From Promethearchaeota archaeon (GTDB lineage Archaea; Asgardarchaeota; Lokiarchaeia; Sigyniarchaeales; SOKP01), in assembly GCA_030606485.1 (NCBI GenBank), contig JAUWGH010000001.1:30001-62000 (forward strand): a stretch of DNA of 32,000 nucleotides, written 5' to 3'. The translations under genes and the position numbers were made by a program. Each line of letters starts with the position of its first letter. The stretch's first letter is position 1. Positions 8,783 through 18,235 of this stretch are shown here, one piece after another. The notes below the pieces were generated by a model. It was given only the letters and a program-made list of their open reading frames with translations. It did no database searches and had not been told where the DNA came from.

Positions 8783-9985
8783 ATGAGCCAACGAGTCTCT
8801 GAAAATATTATCATATGTGTTGACGTCAGTCGTTCAATGTATAGAAAGGATTATATACCAAATAGATTAGAATCTTGTATAAAGGCTCTACAAATCCTCG
8901 TTTCTACAAGGCTTCAAAAAGATCCATCAACTTCTTTTGCGATTATAACGATATCTGACAATCCTAAACTCGTTTTGGATTTCAATAGCAATGAAGATAT
9001 AATAATTAAAAATTTAAATAATATTGAATTTGGAGGAAGATCCACTCTGGGGAATACTCTCGCTCTCGGAATCCAAAAACAAATAGGTGAACTAAGAAAA
9101 ATCAGTGCTAAAGTGCCACGAATTTTAATAATTTCTGATGGAAATTATACAAAAACTTCAATTGATCCTTTAAAGATGGCTAATTTAGCAAGTAAGTTAA
9201 AAATAAAGATAGATACAATAAGATTGGGTGAATTAACTCATTTTAATATATTAAAAAGATTGTCAGAGGTCACTAAAGGACAATACTTTTATAATAATGA
9301 TTCTGAGAGTATGCTTAATTCAGCTAGAGTAGTTGCTACATCAAATGTAAGAATTGATATAATAGATATCAAGTCAGCTATTGAAAATCCAGCTTTCTTA
9401 CGTAAAATTGCTGCCTCTCTCTTAAGAACACAGGATTTAACTACAAACCAACAAGAGCGGATAAAACAAATTCGCGGAGAGGTTGATTATAAAAAATGTT
9501 CTATTTGTTTTTCTGATATATGTCCATATTGTGGAGGAACTTTCTTTACAGAGGGAAGATATTGTCCCGATTGTCAAATCCCGATGCACCTCCACTGTGC
9601 CACGGCTTACGCGGCAAGTTTATCAGATGATAAACTAAAAGCTTCAGGGACTTTTCGTTGCCCTCATTGTTTCTATCTTTTAAAAATTCCAGTAGAGGTA
9701 CAGCAAATTACAAAACTGCAAGCATTAAGAAAACCAAGTCTGATTTCTAAATCTGAAACAAATGATGTTTTTTATGCAAAAAAGACATCTTCTTCAGAGT
9801 TAGGTGATGAGGCCCTTTATAGCTCCTGCCCTGTATGTAATATGATATTTGAGGAGGAACAAGATATAATCAAATGTGGTAACTACAAATGTAATGCATT
9901 ATACCACATAAAATGCTTTGAAAAATTAATAGATTCAAGATGTAAAAGCTGCGGAAAAGAGTTGAAATTTGAGGAAGAAGAATAA
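8783..9985 (+). CDS. vWA domain protein with two C-terminal C4HC3 RING/PHD-like zinc fingers
   Basis: MIDAS DVSRS and ISDG in aa 1-190; finger 1 CSIC..(CPYC)..CPDC-x4-H-x2-C..CPHC (9497-9670); finger 2 CPVC-x12-C-x4-C-x4-H-x2-C-x8-CKSC (9827-9952). Confidence 0.9.
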   Translation: MSQRVSENIIICVDVSRSMYRKDYIPNRLESCIKALQILVSTRLQKDPSTSFAIITISDNPKLVLDFNSNEDIIIKNLNNIEFGGRSTLGNTLALGIQKQIGELRKISAKVPRILIISDGNYTKTSIDPLKMANLASKLKIKIDTIRLGELTHFNILKRLSEVTKGQYFYNNDSESMLNSARVVATSNVRIDIIDIKSAIENPAFLRKIAASLLRTQDLTTNQQERIKQIRGEVDYKKCSICFSDICPYCGGTFFTEGRYCPDCQIPMHLHCATAYAASLSDDKLKASGTFRCPHCFYLLKIPVEVQQITKLQALRKPSLISKSETNDVFYAKKTSSSELGDEALYSSCPVCNMIFEEEQDIIKCGNYKCNALYHIKCFEKLIDSRCKSCGKELKFEEEE

Positions 9986-10062
9986 AAAGACTAATTTTTA
10001 ATAGATTCATATCTTTCTAATCTAAATTATATTAAGATATTCAAGTCTTTTAAAGTAAAATT

Positions 10063-10743
10063 ATGGAGTTCATGAATTTATTCTTTAATGAAGATTTATT
10101 TAAAAATAAGTTAAAAAAATTTAATTCGCCTTTAAGAATTTCCTTTAGAGATAATTGCTTAATAAGTTCAGCGATATTATTTTTAATTATTCCAAATGAT
10201 AAAAAACCCTATAATTTAGTTTTAATTCAACGAGCACATAGATCTAATGATAAATATTCAGGAGAAATGTCGTTCCCGGGAGGTTTATATAATCCCCAAT
10301 TAGATGATACATATAAAGATACAGCGTTAAGAGAGACTGAAGAAGAATTAGGTATCCCAAGAGATAAAATTCAAATAATCGGATGCATTGATGATGTTAT
10401 TACACCTAAAAGACATGTAATTTCTCCTTTTGTAGGATATACAGATAAACACCAGAAAATGATTAAATGTGATGATGAAGTGGAAGAAATTATAAAAATT
10501 CCGATCTCCTTCTTTGTTGATAAAAAAAATTATATTGAGAGAGCATATAAGCTAAGGGGTGAATCCATTGCCGTCGGTAAATATACTTATAAAACAAATA
10601 ACAAAAAATATGTCATATTTGGAGCGACTTCTCATATGATTGTAAATTTCATTGAATTAATTTACAATTTAAAATTCATAAAGTCAGGAGCACGGCGAAT
10701 AATTCTCGAAGATTTGAAATCTAGATATTCCAAAACATCATAA
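10063..10743 (+). CDS. Nudix hydrolase, CoA pyrophosphatase (NudL/PCD1-like) family
   Basis: Nudix box GG...TALRETEEELGI preceded by IQRA...SGEMSFPGG; C-terminal IFGATS motif. Confidence 0.9.
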   Translation: MEFMNLFFNEDLFKNKLKKFNSPLRISFRDNCLISSAILFLIIPNDKKPYNLVLIQRAHRSNDKYSGEMSFPGGLYNPQLDDTYKDTALRETEEELGIPRDKIQIIGCIDDVITPKRHVISPFVGYTDKHQKMIKCDDEVEEIIKIPISFFVDKKNYIERAYKLRGESIAVGKYTYKTNNKKYVIFGATSHMIVNFIELIYNLKFIKSGARRIILEDLKSRYSKTS

Positions 10744-10886
10744 AACGTATAGTTAATAGCGAGCTATTAATTATATTAAAATTAATTGCCGTAAAATATA
10801 AAATCAAACTTAATATTAAACAAATATTAAATTAGAGAAAAAATATTAATTTAAAATTCTCCCCCTGAATTGAAAGATTATCAAGA

Positions 10887-11225
10887 TTAGATACTAAAAA
10901 TGATCTTTTTATAAGTAATTTGAGAAATTTTCTTTACACCATGCTGCCCGGGCATATAATGACATCGAATCAATCCTGCCTTTTCAAGTCGTTTAATCTG
11001 TGCGGAAATGTTTGCTTCCGTCATATTTAATATGTCCGCCATTGATGAAACATCAATTAGCTCACCACTTATTGATTGATTTCTAATAAGGCGTAAAATT
11101 TCTCTTCTTGTCAGACTCGATAGAGCTTTTGAAATTAATTCAATTTTTTCATCATCATTTATTCTAAGATCTTGTTCAATATTATCCGGGATTTCTTTAA
11201 AAGAAGCGATTTCTGTAAATTCCAT
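10887..11225 (-). CDS. ArsR-like winged-helix transcriptional regulator
   Basis: KALSSLTRREILRLI...VSSMADILNMTEANISAQIKRLEKAGLI pattern. Confidence 0.88.
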   Translation of the reverse strand: MEFTEIASFKEIPDNIEQDLRINDDEKIELISKALSSLTRREILRLIRNQSISGELIDVSSMADILNMTEANISAQIKRLEKAGLIRCHYMPGQHGVKKISQITYKKIIFSI

Positions 11226-11306
11226 TTTATTATTTTAACCCTAAACCAAGATTTACAATTTATATTACAATCTAATTAATATTCTCTTAAGATTTAAAGG
11301 TTTTTC

Positions 11307-11340
11307 GTTGCATCAAATGTAACAAATGTACTTAATGTCA
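11307..11340. promoter_or_regulatory. Candidate operator between two divergent regulators
   Basis: AATGT at exactly 9-bp spacing (11316, 11325, 11334; caaatgta twice), overlapping the near-palindrome GTTGCA-tcaaa-TGTAAC (11307-11323). Confidence 0.4.
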
Positions 11341-11621
11341 TCATTTTGCTCTAAAAGATTTCAAAAGACTACTATTTTCATAAATAATTTCTTATACAAA
11401 TAAATACTTTTTTGGGAAAAAAAAAATTTAAATTATGATATTAAAAATCAATGAATATTATTTTCCACAAAAATGGGAAATTTTAAGGAATAAACCTAAT
11501 ACAAATTTTATTTTAAATTATCTTTTTTTGCTATATCTTAAAATTTTTTTTAATGACTTTGTAATTAATTGTGTATGATCTCTACAAAAGTATATATTCT
11601 CAAATTCGTATTATTAAAATT

Positions 11622-12212
11622 ATGAGTACAGAAAAAAAGCCTATAACAGTAAGAATTAGTTCTGATTTGGAAGAACAATTAAAATTTATTGCTGAAAAAA
11701 TACTAAATGATAAGAAAGGTAGTGTTATAAGAAATTTCCTGAGTTTAGCTGAAATCTTAGCAATACATAATGATGGAACGATACGGGGGTATAATAATCG
11801 ATCTTTAATGGTCTTAAAGCAGGAAACTATTCAAAATATATTATCAAAATTGGATGAAAAATCTCAAATGGATCTCGGTGATGATATGGCTTTATATGTG
11901 AATGATATATGCAGAATTAAGGGAGATTTCAGTTTAGAATACAAATTAAAATTATGTAATAGATTAGGTTGGTTCTTACTAATTTTTGACAGTAATAGAA
12001 ATATTCAGATACCTCATGAATTTGGACCTGAAAATTTTGTTAAGTCATTTTGTTATCGTTTAGTGAATGAAAAAAAAATGCCGATGCGATTTTTAAGCGA
12101 AAATATCTCATCTGATAAGATAAAAAAAGAATATGAGAGAGTTTTTGGCAAAGGTGAAAACGCTCCAAGTGATTATTATACCTTTACATTTATGCATTTG
12201 AGAGAAGAATAG
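11622..12212 (+). CDS. Ribbon-helix-helix (CopG-like) regulator with C-terminal degenerate V4R-like domain
   Basis: KKPITVRISSDLEEQLKFIAEK...KGSVIRNFL is RHH-like. ATG 11622 is preferred over the GTG at 11571 because RHH domains start at the N-terminus. The C-terminal LMVLKQETI...LG...LGW pattern is V4R-like (tentative). Confidence 0.75.
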   Translation: MSTEKKPITVRISSDLEEQLKFIAEKILNDKKGSVIRNFLSLAEILAIHNDGTIRGYNNRSLMVLKQETIQNILSKLDEKSQMDLGDDMALYVNDICRIKGDFSLEYKLKLCNRLGWFLLIFDSNRNIQIPHEFGPENFVKSFCYRLVNEKKMPMRFLSENISSDKIKKEYERVFGKGENAPSDYYTFTFMHLREE

Positions 12213-12498
12213 AAACAACTAATGTTTCTTTTAGGTATAAAACTCTCAATAAACTTAGATTGGCTGCAATAAATAAAGGGTTTTTGAGTTTTTTCATTCC
12301 TAAAAAATGAGTTCGATTAATACTTTTTAACAAGCTATTTTTAATAGAATAATCTTTGGCATATTTTATTAGTATGTTTATTTGCTCAAAATTATAGTAT
12401 TTCCATTTATTCTATGAATTTCGGTTATGAGTTAAATAATGAACTTTTTAGGAAAAGGCTCTTTATTAAAAATAATAGTCTTGGGGAATCTTTTTTAA

Positions 12499-13887
12499 AT
12501 GTCCTATAATAATGATAACAAAAATCATTCTAATTCTACACATATATCAAAAGAGACAAAAGCAATTAATTCTGAAGGTAATTCTCAAGAAGATGAAATC
12601 CAGGTAAAGATTACTCCAGATTTTGTTCCTATGATTCGAATTATTTTTTGGAATGGTTTGGGATTTTTCTTTTTTTCATTTTTGATACCATATATAACAG
12701 TGCAATTACTTGGAGCTTCAGGTTTGCAATTAGGTCTTACATTTTCAATACAAATAATGGGTGGGTTAATTAGTGCTCCGATTATTGGTTATTTAACTGA
12801 TCGTGTTTCAAAAAAGTTTTTGGTCCTAATAGGGAGTATTGGGCGTGCCGCATGCTATGTATTAATGTATGTGGGAATTATATTTTCTTCTTTATTGATC
12901 TTTACTATTGGCATGTTTGTTTTGGGGCTTTTTGTTGGATTTTTTTGGACACCATTAGATACATTAATTTCCGAAAAATCAAATAAAGATAATCGTTCTT
13001 ATGCATTTGGTAAAAGGGCTGCAATGATAGGAAAAGGAAATCTCATTGGATCAATTATTAGTTTTACTATCTTTGGTTTAGCAAATTTCTTTACTCCTGA
13101 AAATCTTTTTTTAGTCTACTGTCCACTATTATTATTTGCTGCATCTAATATTTTTGGAGGGATAATTTTTCATCTTAAAGTTAATGAGCAACTTACATAT
13201 GAAAAGCATGTTTTCAATTTATTTCCATCTTCAGTCGAACCAACCATTATTTTTCATGAGCCTGTGATGCAAGATTCTCTTTTTAAATCAAGGAATAATT
13301 TAACAATTGGGTTTTTTATCGGTTTTTTTGTATTAAGTATTGCTTTTATGATAAGTAGTATGAATAGAGACTTAGCATATCCATTTTTTCAAGTCTATTT
13401 GATACAAGAGTTAAAAATTGAGAACCCTACACTTGTAATGTTAATTTATTTTCCTAGTCAAGTATTATCTCTATTATTTGCAGCTAAAATAGGAAAAATT
13501 GCTGATAAAGTAAATCCAATATTAGGAATTGCTGTCGTAAGTGGATTAGGTGCATTAATGACTTGGTTAATAATTAATTCTACATCTGGATTAATGTTTG
13601 GTATGATATTACTATTTGATTCGACTTTTGCCTGGGGTGGTAATTTAATTTTACAAAATGTTCTTAGTCGAATATCAAAAATCCATCGTGGAAAAATTTT
13701 TGGAGCAGCTCAGTGGTTAAGTTTATTAGGTGCTATCTTGGGTCCCATTTTAGGTGGATTAGCCTGGGATAGTTTAGGTCCAAAAGCACCTTTCATAATT
13801 TCAATATTTATTGAATTATCCGTAATTCCTATTTACGCAATCGCAATAAAATCTTTGAAACCACATATAGCAGAAAAATTAGATTAA
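12499..13887 (+). CDS. MFS transporter
   Basis: About 12 hydrophobic segments in two halves; motif A GYLTDRVSKK and its repeat GKIADKVNP. Confidence 0.93.
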   Translation: MSYNNDNKNHSNSTHISKETKAINSEGNSQEDEIQVKITPDFVPMIRIIFWNGLGFFFFSFLIPYITVQLLGASGLQLGLTFSIQIMGGLISAPIIGYLTDRVSKKFLVLIGSIGRAACYVLMYVGIIFSSLLIFTIGMFVLGLFVGFFWTPLDTLISEKSNKDNRSYAFGKRAAMIGKGNLIGSIISFTIFGLANFFTPENLFLVYCPLLLFAASNIFGGIIFHLKVNEQLTYEKHVFNLFPSSVEPTIIFHEPVMQDSLFKSRNNLTIGFFIGFFVLSIAFMISSMNRDLAYPFFQVYLIQELKIENPTLVMLIYFPSQVLSLLFAAKIGKIADKVNPILGIAVVSGLGALMTWLIINSTSGLMFGMILLFDSTFAWGGNLILQNVLSRISKIHRGKIFGAAQWLSLLGAILGPILGGLAWDSLGPKAPFIISIFIELSVIPIYAIAIKSLKPHIAEKLD

Positions 13888-13925
13888 TTAAATTATATAT
13901 AATTTATTTATTAAAATTATCAGAA

Positions 13926-15608
13926 TTACTTTAGCAAGATTTTTTTTAACCCTAAGAATGGGATCATGATATTTTCAGGTCTAAAGTTTATCTCATAATT
14001 AAGTTCCATCAAACATCGTTGAATTGAAAAGAAATTTATAAGGAATTTTTTCATTTGAAATATTTCTTCGGATTTATAATATGCAATAGAGATTAAATCG
14101 GATATATGAGATTGCCAGAAATCCCCAACTTTTACAAGATTTTTAAGAAAAATATAATCTTTTTCCAATAATGCTATTGGTTTCTGTTTTTTATAAAAAG
14201 ATAATAAAATTTTTTTAGATATCTGGTCAGAGGTTTCTTTTATATAATATTTTATTACACCAATTAGGGAGAGAAGTTTAATATAATCAAGTGATCTGAG
14301 AAGGGAGGCGAGATCTTTTTCTACTGGATATTTTCTTTTTTGCTCCATAATAGATAATTGAGGATCTCCCTCAAAATCAGTAATAATAAGTTCCGAGTTT
14401 CCTTCCAACTTGCTAATTAAAATTTGGGCCATGTGTAAATCTTGATGAATTCTTTGAGTTTTAATATCTTTTATTTTTAAAAAATAATCTTTATTGTCCA
14501 TTATTGAGGATATATTTACTAAACTCGCAATGATTTCTTCGTTTTTAATAATTTCTAATTCTTTACTAAAATTTAAACCGTTTATAATATCAGATAAAAG
14601 ACTTTTAAATTGTTCTAATATTAAAGTCTCTGTTTCCTGATCTATTTTTTCTAAACTAAATTCATTCGATTCGTTGTTGATAAGACACTGATGCATATGC
14701 TTGAGAAAATTTCCAAGTTTTTCACTAAATTGTATTGAATTTTTACAATAATCTTTTAATTTTAGCTCTAATAGGTTTGTATTTTTCACAAAATTAATTT
14801 CATTTAATTCGTCAGGATTATTTAAATAAAAATCAAAAAGATCATTCAATTCATTCCAATAAATAAGACCAACATCTCCTTCATTCTCTATAAAATTCAT
14901 AAAATTAAGAACATTATATTCTTTAAAACTAATTAAACCCAGCATATTAGGAGCCGCATTAAAGCTGTTATTATTAAGAGTTTTAAGCATTTCTACTTCA
15001 ATATGTGGAGCATATTTTCTGTATGATTTTACCACCAACTGATTTAAACTTCCAGTGTTATTTTTGTCATTAGGTTTATCAATCTCCAATTTTAAAACAA
15101 TATTTGTAGTCTTTGCATCACCTAATTCTTTTATTTTAACTTGAAAATCATCTAATAAGAGATTTTTAAATTTTTCAGAAAATATTTCGAAATTTATCTC
15201 TGCCAATTTATTGAAATTTGAAAACAAAATCTTCCAAAAATCTGGAAAAAATTCAGCTTCAAAAAGTATTAACTCTTTTGTTTTCTCACTCAAATCTAAT
15301 ATTAAACATTTCTGCTCAATTAATTTTAAGGTACTACTCTCCTCATTGAGTGAATCGAAAGATTTTATAATACATAATGGAAGAAAATAATTACTTTCTT
15401 TATTTGAATCTATATTGATAACAGTGAATATAATTGCACAGTCATGTGGAGTTATAAATTCATTTGGAATAATATAAATAGAATTTAATTTTATATCAAA
15501 ATCCGGTAAATTTTTTTCTCCAAACCATCTTCTGTTTTTCAACCAATGTTTAAATTCATTTGTATTGATAATTTCTAAAACAATTTCTTTACTAATATTT
15601 AATAACAT
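13926..15608 (-). CDS. mak: Maltokinase (Mak/Pep2, TreS C-terminal-like) family kinase
   Basis: N-terminal WLKNRRWFGEK; kinase motifs VKSYRK, RIHQDLHMAQIL, ITDFEGDP, DLASLLRSLDY, ELNYEINFRP. Confidence 0.85.
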   Translation of the reverse strand: MLLNISKEIVLEIINTNEFKHWLKNRRWFGEKNLPDFDIKLNSIYIIPNEFITPHDCAIIFTVINIDSNKESNYFLPLCIIKSFDSLNEESSTLKLIEQKCLILDLSEKTKELILFEAEFFPDFWKILFSNFNKLAEINFEIFSEKFKNLLLDDFQVKIKELGDAKTTNIVLKLEIDKPNDKNNTGSLNQLVVKSYRKYAPHIEVEMLKTLNNNSFNAAPNMLGLISFKEYNVLNFMNFIENEGDVGLIYWNELNDLFDFYLNNPDELNEINFVKNTNLLELKLKDYCKNSIQFSEKLGNFLKHMHQCLINNESNEFSLEKIDQETETLILEQFKSLLSDIINGLNFSKELEIIKNEEIIASLVNISSIMDNKDYFLKIKDIKTQRIHQDLHMAQILISKLEGNSELIITDFEGDPQLSIMEQKRKYPVEKDLASLLRSLDYIKLLSLIGVIKYYIKETSDQISKKILLSFYKKQKPIALLEKDYIFLKNLVKVGDFWQSHISDLISIAYYKSEEIFQMKKFLINFFSIQRCLMELNYEINFRPENIMIPFLGLKKILLK

Positions 15609-15761
15609 GCTCTTAACGTGTTTTTTTCTCTAATCTAGAAGGAATTGATAAGTTATATTTTAGAATTTTACTTCATTTTTTAAAATTTATATTCTATATT
15701 TAAATTAAATGAATATTATATTCGATTTTTTAATTTGTATATAAATGAAGGAATCTAGACC

Positions 15762-17963
15762 ATGACTGAACAAAACTCTGATATGAAAGGGAAATCTATC
15801 AATTTTCCTCTCGTATTTCATTTCCATCAACCCGTAGATAATTTTAATTGGGTTATTGAGGACTGCTATAAAAAAGCATATGAACCATTGATTGATCAAA
15901 TGTTCGATTTTCCAGAAATAAAGTTTACACTCCATTTTTCAGGAAATCTTCTAGATTGGTTCTGTGATAATGAGCCAGAAATTGTGGAAAAATTGAAGAA
16001 AATGTCAAAAAGAGACCAAATTGAAATAATTGGTGGCGGTTATTATGAACCGATATATGCAATAATTCCTGATGAGGATAAAATCGCTCAAATGAATAAA
16101 TTAAGCAAACGTATAATGGATGAATTTGGATTAAAGGTCAATGGAGCATGGTTGAGCGAAAGGGTGTGGGAACCTGACTATCCATCTTTTATAAGTAAGG
16201 TTGGATTAAAATATATCTTAGTTGATGATAACCACCTCAAAGCCTGCGGTCTTGAAGAAGGAGATACATTTTATTCCTATACGACCGAAGATGGAGGCAA
16301 CATTCTAACAATTTTTCCTATTAATGAAGAGATTAGATATTTAACTCCTTGGAAACCTACTTTTATGACAATTGATTATTTAAAAAAATCCGCTGATGAA
16401 AATGGTGACCGAATAGTTGTCCTTTTAAGTGATGCCGAAAAGATGGGTGTATGGGGGACCACACATGAGATTTGTTATATTAAAGGACATTATGATGGGG
16501 ACGACAAAAAGCCATTTATTCCAGCTTTGTTTGAAACAATTTTCGATAATGATTGGATAAAAAGCCTTACTTTATCAGAATATATTAAAAAATATAGATC
16601 TAAAGGTTTAATATATATTCCGACATCATCTTATGACAAAATGGAGGAGTGGGTGCTTCCTACTAAACAGAGGATAGAATTTAAAAAAATTAAAGAAAAA
16701 ATTGAAAATCGCATTATCGATTCGAAAATTGAAAGGTTTATTAAGGGTGGATTCTGGCGGTATTTCTTAGTAAAATACCCTGAATCGAATACGATGCATA
16801 AAAAGATGCTTTACGTTCGTAATAAATTAAAAATCATCGAAAATAAAATAACAAAATTGGGGAATCAAGATCAAAAACTTCAAGAATTATTATCGAATGC
16901 TTGGGACGAGGTTTATAAAAGTCAATGCAACGACTGTTATTGGCACGGACAATTTGGGGGAATCTACCTTGCATTTTTACGCTTTTCTATATTTACTCAT
17001 ATTATAAACGCAGAAAAAATAATAACTAAGATTGAAAATCTCTTAATTAACAAATATAGCGATCAGACGATCATTCCACTCAGTAAAAGTCCAAGAATTC
17101 ATGTATTAGATTTTGATTTTGACAGTTTTGAAGATATAATAATGGAATCGGATATTTTCAATTTATATGTAAAACCAAGATTAGGATGTTTTCTTTTTGA
17201 GTTAGATTTTAAGCCAAAATCATACAATTTACTTAATGTTCTTACTAGATGGCATGAATCTTATCATGAAAAGGAAGAAGTTATTATTGATTCTTTTAGA
17301 AAAGGAATGCTTAGGACTATGATATTTCATAAAGATACCACAGTAAAAGAACTTGGTCGAAATTCTTATAAAGAATTAGGTGATTTTATTTTAGGAAATT
17401 ATGAAATTCTTGAAAAAACAATTAATGATGATATTGCAATAGTTAAATTGAAATATTCGGGAAGCATAACTGAACCAGAATCCGGTCAAAAACTTGAATT
17501 TGATCTAATTAAAATAATTAAACTTCAATCTGGGTCTAATAAATTCAATGTTTCATTTAATTTACAGCCGTCTATTGAAAACAATAATCCAGAGATATTG
17601 AACGAAATTTTAAATGATTTAAGGATAGGTATTGAGGTTCCCTTTTTCTTTAATGGAGATCCAAAACAATTTAAATACACTTTTAATGAAGATAAGTTAA
17701 AAATCTTAAAAAATGATTCAAACACTGATTTCACTAAAGTAAAGCCCTTCCAAAAATGTAATTTATTTAGTGCCTATGATCAAACATACGACTTAACATT
17801 TACAGTAAAAGTTTTGGAAAATACACAAAACGCTAATATGGGAAAATATTCAATAAAAACATTTTCAAGAACGAATACCGGATATCAAAAAATATTTCAA
17901 GGCTTAAATATCATAGTAACTAATAGTCTAGTCGATTTTGAGCTCGAATTTTCGGTAATTTAA
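15762..17963 (+). CDS. GH57 alpha-amylase / 4-alpha-glucanotransferase (AmyA-like)
   Basis: FHFHQP, nucleophile motif WLSERVW, acid/base motif SDAEKMG, QCNDCYWHGQFGGIY, C-terminal beta-rich domain. Confidence 0.93.
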   Translation: MTEQNSDMKGKSINFPLVFHFHQPVDNFNWVIEDCYKKAYEPLIDQMFDFPEIKFTLHFSGNLLDWFCDNEPEIVEKLKKMSKRDQIEIIGGGYYEPIYAIIPDEDKIAQMNKLSKRIMDEFGLKVNGAWLSERVWEPDYPSFISKVGLKYILVDDNHLKACGLEEGDTFYSYTTEDGGNILTIFPINEEIRYLTPWKPTFMTIDYLKKSADENGDRIVVLLSDAEKMGVWGTTHEICYIKGHYDGDDKKPFIPALFETIFDNDWIKSLTLSEYIKKYRSKGLIYIPTSSYDKMEEWVLPTKQRIEFKKIKEKIENRIIDSKIERFIKGGFWRYFLVKYPESNTMHKKMLYVRNKLKIIENKITKLGNQDQKLQELLSNAWDEVYKSQCNDCYWHGQFGGIYLAFLRFSIFTHIINAEKIITKIENLLINKYSDQTIIPLSKSPRIHVLDFDFDSFEDIIMESDIFNLYVKPRLGCFLFELDFKPKSYNLLNVLTRWHESYHEKEEVIIDSFRKGMLRTMIFHKDTTVKELGRNSYKELGDFILGNYEILEKTINDDIAIVKLKYSGSITEPESGQKLEFDLIKIIKLQSGSNKFNVSFNLQPSIENNNPEILNEILNDLRIGIEVPFFFNGDPKQFKYTFNEDKLKILKNDSNTDFTKVKPFQKCNLFSAYDQTYDLTFTVKVLENTQNANMGKYSIKTFSRTNTGYQKIFQGLNIIVTNSLVDFELEFSVI

Positions 17964-18083
17964 TCAATTATATTACATTTTTGTCTTAAGTATCGACGAA
18001 AATTTATATATCTTTTAAATATAAAGTAATGTTAAGAATTAAATAATAATATAATTCATTTATATTTGAAGGTTTATTTAATT

Positions 18084-18212
18084 ATGAACCCGCCCCTCAA
18101 TGAAGCAGATGGAAAATATAAAATAAAACATAATAATAAAAATTCTCAGACTCCAGATTGGGGTTTTGGCTCTAAATCTCAAAAAAAAAGACGTAATAAA
18201 AAAAGAAATTAA
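18084..18212 (+). CDS. Candidate 42-aa basic small protein (not in ORF track)
   Basis: ATG...TAA, MNPPLNEADGKYKIKHNNKNSQTPDWGFGSKSQKKRRNKKRN; GAAGGT about 11 nt upstream; GC-containing codons within otherwise AT-only intergenic DNA. Confidence 0.35.
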   Translation: MNPPLNEADGKYKIKHNNKNSQTPDWGFGSKSQKKRRNKKRN

Positions 18213-18235
18213 AAATTTATCTTATTCCTTATTTT

